The notes under the pieces were generated by a model that was not told the origin of the DNA, ran no database searches, and saw nothing but the letters and a program-made list of their open reading frames with translations. Made by a program: the position numbers and the translations under genes. A DNA stretch of 63,038 nt from Chara braunii (Eukaryota > Plantae > Charophyceae), in NCBI GenBank assembly GCA_003427395.1, contig BFEA01000034.1, positions 2,065,089 to 2,128,126 of the forward strand. The letters are read 5' to 3'. Below are positions 12,078 through 23,900 of this stretch, piece by piece (position 1 is the stretch's first letter; each line of letters opens with the position of its first letter).

Positions 12078-14326
12078 GGGGATTGCACCCCCAAGTTCGC
12101 GGCCTTCCCCAACCAATGGGGGTGCACGGGCTGATTAGTCAAACACTAATTAGCATGTTTTCTTGATTAGTTTTTATTTTTTATAATTGTTTTATTTAGT
12201 TCTTTTGAAATATCTTCTGATCCGCGTGTTTTTGTGTGAACCGCACAGGGATCAAAGTTTGTCTCCTCGAAGAGACGAACATTTTGAGACACTTTTCGGT
12301 AAATTCTGACAGCTAAATTTTTGGGAAATAAATTTTCTTTAATTTTATAATTATTAATTCAAAATTTCCCTTTTTGTTTACTATTTATTACGAAAAATAG
12401 GAGCAAAATCTGGGGAAAACCCCTGCACCAAAGTTGTCCAGAATATTTTTCCTGACATTTTGAGACCTTAGTCGGAGAAAACGGGCGCCGTTTGTAGAAA
12501 CGGCGAGCTCCAGCAGATAAGAAAAAAAAAAGAAAATAAAGGAAAACTTTGAATTTCTTTGTGATTTGATTGAAATTAAAAGGGAAAGAAATAAAGGAAA
12601 GTAGTCCGATAAGATTTTTCTATAAACCTTGTAGAATCTAGCGAAAAATTTCGTACGTCGATACGTAGTTTCCGGTGAGCATGCGAGCACGCGCAAGATC
12701 ATTAAACCCTAATTGGGAAAACCCTAATTAGGGGAGACCCTAGTTAGGCAAAACCCTAATTAGGGCTTTAGGAAGCGAGAGCAATCCCTAATATTATAGT
12801 AAAACCAGAATGTAGAAGGTGCTCACAAATGCCTTAAATTTTGTACTTTTCGGTATTTTTATTTGTTTTATTGATTAAAATTTGTGGAAAATATTTAAAG
12901 TAGTATTTTTATAATTTTAATTGCTTAAAATTGCTCTGCAGATTTCTTTTGGCAACAGATTAAGGGACTATTGTCCCGAACTCCATCCCCACGGGGGGGA
13001 GGGGAACTGCTGCCAAAAAATTTTAAAATTTCTATTTTATATGAATTTTTGGCTAATTAATTGACAAAAATAATATAAAATCCAGTAAAAATCAGTTTAC
13101 CATATTTTCACTATTCCTCTTAATTTTTCCCTTCCGACAACGTTTATTGTGGGCTTTGCCCGAACCCCATCCCAACGGGGGGAGGCGAAGTGCTGCTAAA
13201 ATTTTGATAAATTTCCTAAAACTAGTTCTTACATATGCTACCAGACGGGCTGCCTGGGTCCCGGGTGGCCATCCCGTGCAAGGACAAGGGAGGGTCCCAC
13301 AAAAAACAAACAAAATCCAAAAAATCCGAAAAAAAACCTATGTTATGCAAAAAAATAAACTAAACAACGTTTACCCCAGGGTCACATCAAAATTATTTAC
13401 CAATTTTAAAATATAAAATACAAATTTAAAATATTTTTTATTTTTTTATTTTTTAAATCTTTTTGGCCCTGTCGGGCAAGTGACCCAGGGCCACTCTGGT
13501 AGCCTAGGTTCTTACCTATAAAAGTTTTCAAACTCAGCAAACTTATAGATATATTATACCCTAATATGTATAAACAAGAAAAGGGATTTTATCATAATTA
13601 AATACATTTTCTTTGAATTAAAAATAGAAAAATACTAGGAAGTTCCCTAGAGAGGGAAGAAGAATAGAAGATGGGGTAACCGAGGTTCGGACGAACTTAC
13701 AGGGACTTTCCCGAGGGTTTGAGACTGGAAAAAGGGATTTTCGATAATTAAAAATATGTTTTTCTGTATTTATCTGATATAAATTAGAAACAAATAAAAG
13801 GGAAAGTAAAAAAGAGGTATGCATTTGCCGCGTCACTCGGTAGGGTTTACCTCGGGTATCCCTGTGCATTGAGCACGCGTCAATGAGTGCTTCTTCATAG
13901 AAAGCTAATTTTTGTTAATTTAAATTAATTAAATCCACGAAAATTAACAAAATGGCTTAGAAATCGGCAAGAGAGCGTGTGCAGCTCGTTTACCTTTGTC
14001 CGCAGCTAATAGGCAAGGTCTGTTGGCCGAGAGGGTGTCTGAGGAGCAGTAGGCAGGATTCCCTCGAATTGTGGATGCGCCTTACATTCGAGGGAACTTG
14101 GATATAAGGCTTGTGAGCCCAATCTGAGTTCGGAAAATATGCCCCAGTCGTCTAGGCTACTCTTGGACCCGTCCAGGACATAGGCAGGGAGCGTTTATTC
14201 AGGAATCGCCTCCCAAACCCCATCCCCACGGGGGGGGGCGAAGCGCTGCCGAAATTTTCCTAGGGTTTTAGAGTTTCCCTTGTTCATACTCTTAAGCCCT
14301 TCTGTACACATAAGCACCTAGATCGG

Positions 14327-15349
14327 ATGTGGCAATCCGAGGTCATAGAGGTGTACAAGGTTGATCGTGCGTGGGAGATAGAGCCCCCAAAGCTCGTAGC
14401 TGGGGGCCTAGTAGAGTTTACACTTCCTGAACGGCCCACTGATTGACACGACAGGCAGTCCCGGTGGAGGTCTGTTTTTTTATCCTCTGATGCTTGGCTG
14501 TGGACACACAGCGAGCACCTTAGAGGAGAGAGGGGAGGTATGACAGGCGGACTAGTGAGGGTCTACTTGTACTTAGGGGAGGAGGAGGCCAAAGAGGCCG
14601 CCTTGAGTCTCGTGACCTGGGGGACCAGTTCGATTATTGGTAGAGCCCTACGGTACTTACAGGAGGAGGTTGATGTTTTTCGGGAAGACGAAGAGCCTAT
14701 TGACCTTGTTTCACGGGCGACCTCCCCTTTCTATCACGGGCAATCTCTTGATAGCACCAAACACTTTCTTCCCGCATTCAGGGACCGGTTGGAGAGCAGT
14801 TCTCCCCAGTTTCATGGCAGACACAGTCTTCGGAGGGATATGAGGTTTAGTTGAGGCTTACCTCGCATTCAAAGAGCTTGAGCTCTTTGTCAGACGGAGT
14901 CTCGACGCTTCCTACATATACTACTCCCTCGCGGCGTCAGGCCTTCGCTGGGGAGATGAGAGGGTTCAACTGATAGAGTTGATCCGCTCCTTAGGGGACG
15001 ATTGCCAGAGGGGAGTGCCGCCGCCCTCGTACGTGTGGGACGTATTGGATCGGGGGCTTCGAGATGGGCCTGAGTACTTTACTTATATAGGCAGATTTTT
15101 CTCGGAGGGCTGGGCAGCTGGTGGAGTGAGAACGCTGGACCTCTCATATGTGATTACCAGTTGTCACGATATTATCGGGCGATAGGGCTCCCCCCGTACC
15201 GCATAGAGGACGAGGCGGACGAGAACGGGTGGATTAGAGAGGACGAAGAGGAGGCCTGGGAGCCAGATTGGATTGACTCCGAGAGCGAGGAGGAGATTGA
15301 CGTCACTGACGCTCACTTTCCTAGGATAGGAGTCGTCGTCAGGACATAG
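14327..15349 (+). pseudogene. Accessory ORF family 1, copy a (unknown function; stop codon and frameshifts)
   Basis: MWQSEVIEVYKVDRAWEIEPPKLVAGGLVEFTLPERP..QSRWRSVFLSSDAWLW aligns with copy b (EFDLPTR..QSRWRSTLLEPDVHLW). Distal QLIELIRSL aligns with QLVEFIRAL. Acidic tail. Confidence 0.7.
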
Positions 15350-15493
15350 GAGACGGTGTGTCGCGGTACGTGCAGGGAGGTTGTTTGGGTCCGAGAGTTA
15401 TTGATGAGGGAGTTATCCTAACGATAGTTCAAGTGAGGAGTGGTGACTGAGTGGACTTGGTAGTTAGTGTATTCAGCCGCGGGCTGTGACCCG

Positions 15494-16372
15494 ATGATAG
15501 AGCAGGTCGACAGAGTTGAGCTCCAGATGGGCAGTGCTAGATGGCCTTGGCCTCCTGAGACCGTGGCGCCCAACATACTAGAGTTTGATCTACCGACCAG
15601 GAGTGTGGTCGGACGCGGATATGGACTTCAGAGCCGGTGGAGATCGACATTGTTGGAGCCCGACGTGCACTTGTGGTCCTATGCGGTTGAGACCTTCAAG
15701 TCGGACAACCAGCAGTGGCGGGTGTCTGGTACGATGAGCGTGGAGGTCATAGGACATATTTATTACTCACGCACGATAGAGGCGACGGTCCATTATGAGG
15801 GGCTAGTCTATGATCACCGGCGAGGTGAGCACGGGGGGAGGACCATCCTGTGGGGGACTGTCAAGAGCGTTCGCAGGAAGGCCGAGGACTTGTATGGCCC
15901 AGTTAGGGTAGTGAGGACGACCCTCCGGATCGGAGGGGCCTTTCCATTTCCTAGTGTGCGACGGCGAGTGAGGGTCTCGACATTTGTTGCAGAGGAGCTC
16001 TAGGGTCTGGCCCGTATTTCCGAGACTTATCATGCTAACCTCGAGTTGGATGGGTTGAGGAGAGGGCTAGCGGACCGAGATTGGATTAGCGCCCAATTCA
16101 TCGCAAGGCCTTTTGTTGGGAAAAGGGGGCTCCAGCTTGTAGAGTTCATACGAGCTTTGGCACCTGCCGGAGACCCTGAGTCTTTCTTTTCCTACCAGCC
16201 TCCGGAGTTCTGGTTAGCCCTGGAGAGAGAGACCCAGAGACCTACAGATTATCTAGAGGGCGTAGGCCGACTCCTGAGTGAGGCAGCCGAGGACAGGCCT
16301 GCCCTGCTCATTTCGATCTGGGAGGTTGAGGAACACTATCAGCGGGAGGACCTTGTAGTGGTACGCCGATGA
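15494..16372 (+). pseudogene. Accessory ORF family 1, copy b (one internal TAG at 16001-16003)
   Basis: ORFs 15467-16003 and 16046-16372 are in the same frame and share motifs with the other copies. Confidence 0.75.
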
Positions 16373-16668
16373 TAGGGAGGCCTTCGACGATATAGAGCCT
16401 TGGGGGGATCAGGACCAGGGCTGGGGAGATTTGGCGATTGACATCGGAGAGGCGGTGGAGCAGGGCCGCGTAGGTGGAGAGGCGCAGCCGGAGGACGGTT
16501 GGAGACGCCTCCTTCGGGCCGAGGGACAGGAGGCTATCCCTTGGGGACGCGAGATAGATGGGGATGGAGACGCGAACATGGATTATTGACCGAAGATTGT
16601 GAGCGTATGCGAGCTGGAAGGAGAGAGTTAGAGAAGATGCTAGGGGTTATAGATGGGACGGCATGTGA

Positions 16669-17135
16669 TGTCCTTTAGACGAGTTTAATGGGATCAGCTA
16701 CTCACCGAGGGATGAGGCCCTACGAGAGAGGAAATCGATGATGTCGTACGATCCCTGAACAAGAAGACAAGCAGAGAGGTTCTCCCATACGAGCTCGACG
16801 CATACGATTATGTCCAAGGAGGAGGCGTATATCCTTGGCGAGTGTATGTTCTCACATATCACTTCATTAGCCTGGACGAGTATGACGTGCGAAATTATAT
16901 TCCTGCGACTCGTGCTAGACGAGAGTTGAGTGTGAAGGCTTGGAAGACCGCTGCTGGGTTGGTAGCAGGAGAGGTGGTACGATTACAACATGAAAGAAAG
17001 GTAGTTAGTAGGGATACTGGGATCAGAGTGTTCACAGGAATTCCGAGTCCCCCTGTCATAGGGAGAAACTTATCTAGATATGAATGACATGAGATGATAG
17101 AGTTGGTGACATGGATGAGAGACCAGGAACATTAG
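16669..17135 (+). pseudogene. Accessory ORF family 2, copy a
   Basis: VLPYELDAYDYVQGG..YVLTYHFISLDEYDVRNYI..W..IRVFTGIPSPP aligns with the copies at 19546 and 20070. Boundaries are approximate. Confidence 0.7.
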
Positions 17136-17160
17136 CACTTGCTTTGATGAGGCGGATAAC

Positions 17161-17919
17161 GTGATGAGGAGTGATGCAGATGTATGGTTGACATACGTTT
17201 TGACACGTGATTCAGATTTCGATAGAGCGAGAAAGCTGATAGCGCCAAGAGAGACGGGTGTGGGTTACGATGTACCTCTTCCGGTACGCTTAGAGGAGAT
17301 AGCTAGTGTGCCGGTTCGACACTTTGGCACTTGGTTGGCTGAGGGAGTTTTCTTGTGGACGGTGATTACAGAGGATAGAGGATTCGATATTCCCCGACGA
17401 CTGGAAGGAATAGGACATCTTGTGTTTGACAAAACACGAGATATAGAGATAGGGTTGACGCCTGACGGTGTTAGCAGAGGTTGGTGGAGGTACGAAGTCT
17501 TGACGGAGTCGATAGTGAGACGACAACTGACGATTTTTGCAGGAGACAGGCCTTACACCGTCCGAGTCGAAATTGGGCCTCCGCACTTAGTCTACCATCC
17601 GGTAGAGAGCTGGAGGTTGACTCTTCCTACGTTTGTTGTGGAACAAACTTATGGGAGCATAGACTGTCTGACTAGAGCAGTAAACCACACGTTGTACGCG
17701 CTCTGGTTATGACTAGCGCCTCGATTTAGAAAGGCGTACTATGCAATCTGCGTGAGGTGGGGACCCCTAGACAAGGAAACGTTGAGAACCCTGATCGACG
17801 CTATCTACTGGATAGATTGTCTGAGGCCTGCTGATATGATCTACTATTGTCGTAGACGCGTAGGGGACAGATACCCTGGCTTGGAGGACCTGAGGTATCT
17901 GCTCGAGGACCAGCAATAG
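17161..17919 (+). pseudogene. Accessory ORF family 1, copy c (one internal TGA at 17710-17712)
   Basis: VRVEIGPPHLVYHPVESWRLTLPTFVVEQTYGSI aligns with TRVEVGGWREFKAPMTGLRCRVPRFMVDLVFGSL of element C. WGPL aligns with FGPF. Confidence 0.75.
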
Positions 17920-17924
17920 GAGAC

Positions 17925-18610
17925 ATGCCAGGTCGGACGACTACGAGGATTAATGTAAGCAGGCAATTAGTGAACGAAGGTTTCACGGTGACTGTCTTAC
18001 TCAGAGCACACATAGACGAGGACCTGACAGAGCACGAGTGTTTTCTACGAGCCAGAGAATTCATTCGGGAATACAAACCAGGAGTCCTCCCATGCGTGAC
18101 TTTCCAGACCAAGATAACGTACGAAGTGATGGTATGGTCGACCGGATACCTACGTGCGGAGTTGTTCTTTGATGAGACGGTAGTGGAAGCTAGGAGTAGG
18201 ATATAAGTCAAGTTACCTTGTCATGACAGAGCGCGAGCTACCACTATATCGATATAGACCCCGAGCTTCGTACTCACTCCGGTGGGATCGCAGAGGGTCC
18301 GACTCCTGGAGGAGTGTGAATGGTTGGAATTCCCGAATATGGGAGTGTGACTACCTGCCTGCCTTCTCTGCTGCGACTTCCGTATGCCCGAGTTGTTTCT
18401 AGGCACTTATTGTGTGACGACGAGACACTACAGATTCTTATGAGGGTGAGCATAGAAGAGGAACTGTCGGATAGTGAGTTCAAAGAATTTGTTGAGGACG
18501 TCATACGGGAACAAAGGTTAGGAACACTGAAAGAGTTGACAACACAGAGTTGGGTGGTGTATGAGGTGATCATCTGCGTGAAAGGAAGAGTGCGTTTAGA
18601 GATGGTTTGA
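17925..18610 (+). pseudogene. Accessory ORF of unknown type (two fragments)
   Basis: ATG lies 5 nt after the previous stop. Fragments 17925-18206 and 18320-18610 have protein-like composition. Confidence 0.5.
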
Positions 18611-18642
18611 GACGAGACACCCTTGGAAGCTCGAAATAATAT

Positions 18643-18882
18643 GTGATAGGTGTTTTGGGCTTGGAGAGAGATGGGTCCCAGATGATGGACGACCTAGAGG
18701 AGAGGAAAAAGAGAGTCGAAGATCAAATTATAGAATTAGTGGTTAATCAAGTTAAGGAATTCGGCATCAAGATTCAAGATAGTGGGCCTAACAAGGATAA
18801 GAGTGGGCTACGTAAGATAGAAGGAGCGACGAGGGCAGTAGAAAGGCTTTTCAGAAAAGATAGAGAATTCTTCGGAAGATAG
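18643..18882 (+). pseudogene. Charged, coiled-coil-like accessory ORF fragment
   Basis: 79-aa E/K/R-rich ORF inside the array. Confidence 0.35.
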
Positions 18883-19040
18883 CGTCTAGAATTTTGGGAG
18901 AGCGTCAAGAGGAGAGATCGTAGTAGTAAGGAACAGGAGGGGTCACTTGAGTTGACGGGAAGGAAAGAGGAGTTGTCAGGGGTTGTAACGTCGAAAGAAA
19001 AGACAAATGTTGAAGGAACGTCGGACAATGAAAGGAGACG

Positions 19041-19538
19041 ATGAGCTTTGAAAAATATTATATGCGCATTGTAGGAAGGTCAGATGAACCAGTCGCTTGT
19101 GTGGTGATACAATTGGTCCACCTGGACAGACTTAGCGTAATCGAAGAAGCAGAGTGTACTCGACAAGTTGTGCAGAAAGCGCGAGTGACCGGAATCTGGG
19201 TAGGAGAGGGAAGCGCGTGTCTGATCAACTACTCGCTGTGCGTGTCTCCCTTACATGAGCACCCCTTGAGTAGGGTATGGCGCGGGACTCCTAGAAAGGC
19301 TGAAAAACTCTTAAAAAGTGAGGCGGAAGTGGCTGGAGATTTAGCAAAGGTCATAGTAGAGAGTTCCGTCCTCAGAATGTTCAAAGCGCACAACCATTAC
19401 TGGAGCAAGTACCTTAAGACTTTCGCATATATTGAAGATTTTGGGGATATAGACGACTTCGAGACATTCTACGAATTCTTGGAGGATTCTACGGACAAAG
19501 TCCTGTTGGCTTTAGCGTTGATCTCGATGGAATGTTAG
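19041..19538 (+). CDS. Intact 165-aa accessory ORF, unknown function
   Basis: ATG-initiated and uninterrupted, with globular-like composition. The next ORF starts 7 nt after its stop. Confidence 0.6.
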   Translation: MSFEKYYMRIVGRSDEPVACVVIQLVHLDRLSVIEEAECTRQVVQKARVTGIWVGEGSACLINYSLCVSPLHEHPLSRVWRGTPRKAEKLLKSEAEVAGDLAKVIVESSVLRMFKAHNHYWSKYLKTFAYIEDFGDIDDFETFYEFLEDSTDKVLLALALISMEC

Positions 19539-19545
19539 GGGGTTC

Positions 19546-20060
19546 ATGGAGACAGACGAGAGATGTCACTACCGGAGGCAGAGTTAGTGCAAAGGAGACG
19601 GGGGTTTTCAGTATGGAGCGGACCTAGTAAACTTGAGCACGAGAAAGTCCTTCAAGATTTGAGCGCTATTAGCAGACGGTAAATCTTTCCTTACGAAGTA
19701 GTGAAGTATCAGGAGGCAAACAGCGGTCGGTAAAGAAATCAGTTTTATGTGATGACCGTATATTTTTCTGACTTCGGAATATACCACGTAGGTATATATT
19801 TACCTAGAGAGCGCGAGGATTTTTGTGTCTACACGAGGTGTTGGAGGATAGCCGCGTGGAAGCTGAGGGAAGAGAGAAAGAGATTAGAGGACTTGGAAAA
19901 GACTGTCGAGGTCTGCGACGACATCGCTATATTTGACGATCTGCCTAGGCCGCCGATCCCGTATAGAGGACTGGAGCAGAATGGATGGGAGCCGATAGTA
20001 GACTTCGTCAGGACAGTCAGGACGAGGAGTGAGCTCAGGAAAACGGTGAGGAACGAATAG
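19546..20060 (+). pseudogene. Accessory ORF family 2, copy b
   Basis: IFPYEVVKY..YVMTVYFSDFGIYHVGIYL..RCW..IAIFDDLPRPP. Confidence 0.75.
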
Positions 20061-20069
20061 GATGAAGGA

Positions 20070-20565
20070 ATGAGTAAAGGGAGAGTTATCTCTGATTGCG
20101 AATTGCAGGCAAGAAGAGAAAGATTTCTTGCTGGAAACAGACCATCCGAGGAGAGACTAGAAACTATCTGTGGACTTTTGAGTTCCCTAGGGAGGAGAGA
20201 AGTGATTCCATATGAGGTAGAAAGGTACGAGTTTGTGGATAGTGGATGAGAGGAGATACGACTATATGTGATGACTGTCAGGTTTTTCCATTTAGACGTG
20301 TATGATGTGAGGATCTACCTACATGTGGAGAGAGGAGTAGACCTTTGTGTACGACCGATGTTGGGAGTGCGCTGAAGAGATTGTAGAAGTCGAAAGACAT
20401 AGATTACTATCGCTAGGGAAAAACGTTAACTGGAGCACGCGGATAACGATCTTTGGAGGGTTTCCTAAACCTCCGACTCCGAGTCAAATTGCGCAAAAGA
20501 GAAACTTTGGCACGGTGATTGAACTTGCCTTAAGGCATCAGGCGTTTGATGGCAAGAGGCGGTGA
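20070..20565 (+). pseudogene. Accessory ORF family 2, copy c
   Basis: VIPYEVERY..YVMTVRFFHLDVYDVRIYL..RCW..ITIFGGFPKPP. Confidence 0.75.
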
Positions 20566-20806
20566 GTACCCGTTGGCGGGTGCCAGTGCAGTGCAGCAAG
20601 GATTGAATGAAGTGTCCTGAGACAGGGGTGTTAGAGGTTAGGAGAGGTGCCGCATGTATAGAAGAAAAGGGCGGACGCCCTATACTCGACAGTGGGATAC
20701 TAAGTGTCGAAGGGACCCACGAGGTCCGAGACGAGACCGGAACACTGAGAGTGATACTGAGGGTTGTCGAGAGCTAGATTTAGGCATTTAGAGACCGGCG
20801 GGATTA

Positions 20807-20910
20807 GTTCTGACATTAGGTCCGGGCTGCCGGTTCTGACATTAGGTCCGGGCTGCCAGTTCTGACATTAGGTCCGGGCTGCCGGTTCTGACATTAGGTC
20901 CGGGCTGCCT
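20807..20910 (+). repeat. 4 x 26-bp tandem repeat (gttctgacattaggtccgggctgccN) just upstream of gag
   Basis: Read directly. Units differ only at the last base. Confidence 0.95.
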
Positions 20911-20963
20911 GTTCGTGAAGTAAGGACAATAGACTCTAAGCATGGAGGAAGCGAGTTAAGTAT

Positions 20964-23900
20964 ATGGAATCTGACACAATGGGTCCACATCCGGATGAGG
21001 AACAACAGACCGCTGTGTACCGAGCGTCACCGGATAGTGCTCTGCGGGACCTCAAGGAGCGTATCCGACAGAACGCTCCATTGAGATGTGTGGAGCGACC
21101 CGACGACAGGGAGCCCGAAGTAATGGCCTGCCCAGTCATTGCAGAGCCAGATAGGGCAGCTACGGTGGTACGAATGGAGAGTCGAACCGAACCTCCGAGT
21201 TTTCGGCGAGATTCGAGTATTCGACATTCACCTACGTATGAACAAAGAGATGATAGAGGTGATCGAGGAAGGGATGGCTGGAGGGACCAGTATATCAGGG
21301 AGCAACTTTGGAGAGACAGAGAGAGGGTCACACCGCCCAGACGGATGTATGACCCACAGACGGGCGAGTCGTATTCCCTACCATACGAGAGGAGAGACAT
21401 GTTCATCATCTCACACCAACCTTCGGAGTTGGACACCAACCCCCCTATTTTCAAGGGATACAGTATCACCAAATATCTTGAGAAGTGGGAGCTACACGCA
21501 TACCGTAGTCAATGGTCAGAGGACGAGATTATAGATAACTTCCTATTTAACGGGGATCTGAGCCTGAGTCAGGAGATCAAAGAAGCCCGACCCAAAGATA
21601 GACGATGGGCTACCTATAAGGCCAGTCTCTACCAGCTCTACAAACTAGAAGACGTTAAGTATTCAATCCAAGTATTGGAGCAGTTGACTCAGGGAAAGGA
21701 CGAGAGTGTTCGGGCTTTCGGAAAGCGATTCCAGAAGGTATCCGATGCCCTTATTGCAAGAGGGAAGTTGTCGGAGGTCGAGAGATGCACGATCTTCCTC
21801 GGTCGGCTACCCAGAGGGAAGCAGGAGGGAGTACTAAGAGAAATGCCTCACGATAAGTTAGACTTTGTCACGCTACTCCAGTTGGCAATGAAGGCTGAGG
21901 CCGATGACTACAAGGATTTACTCTGGAGGGGAATGCAGCGTCGGGACTTTTCCCACTATCGGGAATACGAGACTGATAGGTGTCCAGATTTTAACGATCA
22001 GCCATGGGCAGAGTGGCGATATTTGATGGACAAAGACAAACCATAACGACCGAGGGACAACGACACGGTGATAGACGAGGTGAGAGAGATGAGAGAAATG
22101 ATGAAGGGAATGGTCAGGCAGATGGTCAATATTGAGACTAAGGCGGGAGCTACTCGGGACAAGTCGGGGTCCCCCTATTCCTTGCGATGGGACCGTAGGA
22201 ACACCAACCCGTGGAGGAGCGTCAAGGATTGGAACCCTCGCACGCTGGCGGACTACCATGCAAGAGAGATGGACGATGATGCCAGGCGACGTAAAGATGA
22301 TGACATAGACAGAGACCGCCAACGTGACGGGTATCGGGGAGTAGACTCTTTTAGTCGAGGAGGAAGGCTGGAGAAGTATCCGCGCAGTCCCAGATATGGA
22401 GACGGGTACCGGAGCCCAGACAATTTCAATTCCAGCAACAGAGAGGATTCCCGCGGCAGATGGGAATAACACAGGGATCGCCATGATGGGAATCGTGGTG
22501 TATACGAGAGAACAAAGTGAGATGGAGGTCGCCGGAAAGAAACACGCGGGCATTATGACCGAGGAGGATATCCTGCCTCGCCTGGATATCCAAAATCTCC
22601 GAACTATCCCAAGTTCCCGGGACCGTCTACCCAGGATGTCAGACCCGCAAGAGGGCCAACTATTAGGAGCACGGAAGAGCGACCCCCTACTCCCAGGAAC
22701 TCTTGTATCTATTGCAGGGCAGATGATCACGTGAAGAGGGACTGTCGTGACCTCAGGCGGGCAATAGAGGAAGGACTTGTCGTACTTGATGAACGCAAGT
22801 ACGTCAAGTGGGCGGATGACCTCGGCGATGTATCGATGTTCCCTTCTATGAAGGAGAACATTGAAGCCAGGTGTGTACGACCAAGTAAGGGTAAGGAAGT
22901 GGCGAGGAACCAGAGTGTGAGATTGAGTTTGTCTTCTGATGATGGGGCGCCAACGACACCTTTACGAGTAGCGGCGACTAAGTCCGCAAGGGCGTCTTCC
23001 TCTAAGAAGGCTGACACCGATTACGTAATGGCAGAGAAGGATGGGCAGAGGATTGAAGGAGAGGAAGTCATACTTTCGCCGCGCAAGCGAGGAGCCCGGA
23101 AGCTTACCATGAAGAGCAGCTTGGACGATATAGATACGGTAGTTGTATAACCGGCTGAATGCGTTCACGTTCAGACGCGCGCGTTCATACCCCCCGGGGC
23201 CGCGTTCAAACACGCTGCGCGCCACATGGCGCAAAAAAATTGAACGCGACCCCAAGGGGCGCGCGCGCCCGTTACAGACTACAAGGTGGTGGGCCTCGTT
23301 CAAAGAACCCTGAAAGTGCAAGAAAAAAAAAAAAAACAAGGCCTACCCCCCCTACCACATCACCCCCCACCAGATGCAAAAGGTCCTTTTGTTTGGGGGG
23401 GGGCGGGCAGGGGAATCCCCCTAGCACGACTCAGACGGCCCATGCAGGCTATCTGTAGGGTCCTCGCAGCCATGTAGCGCAGACCCCCCCACCGAAATCA
23501 AGGCAGGCAGTGAGTATGAAGTATAGCTCGAGCTGCCCGAATATATACTCAAGATTTGACTTCAGGTCTGTGTTTCAGCAGTTATGGGTTGCTCACGTAG
23601 GGCCTGCTGGTCTCTGCACGTGACTCTTAGGGTCTGGCTGCACTACTCACCAAATGTGCAAAACTAGAATAAATCTTCTGCAAAACATGGAATAATACGC
23701 CGCCATATGTTTTGTCTTTTGTGCATGTGGTGAGTAGAGGCCCTTAGGGCCACTGCACGTATTCCTAAGAAAAGAAAAACCAGAAAAAATGAAAAACGAG
23801 AAAAATGAAAAATGAAAAAAAAGAAAAACAAGAAGAAAGAAAACAAGAAAAAAAACAAAACATATGGCGGCGTATTATTCCATGTTCTGCAGAAGATTCA

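Noticed and set aside
17915-19043. Shine-Dalgarno-like AGGAG before accessory ATGs (17925, 19041), suggesting prokaryotic origin
   Set aside because: The strand is strongly purine-rich, the spacing is too short, and the motif is inconsistent across the ORFs.
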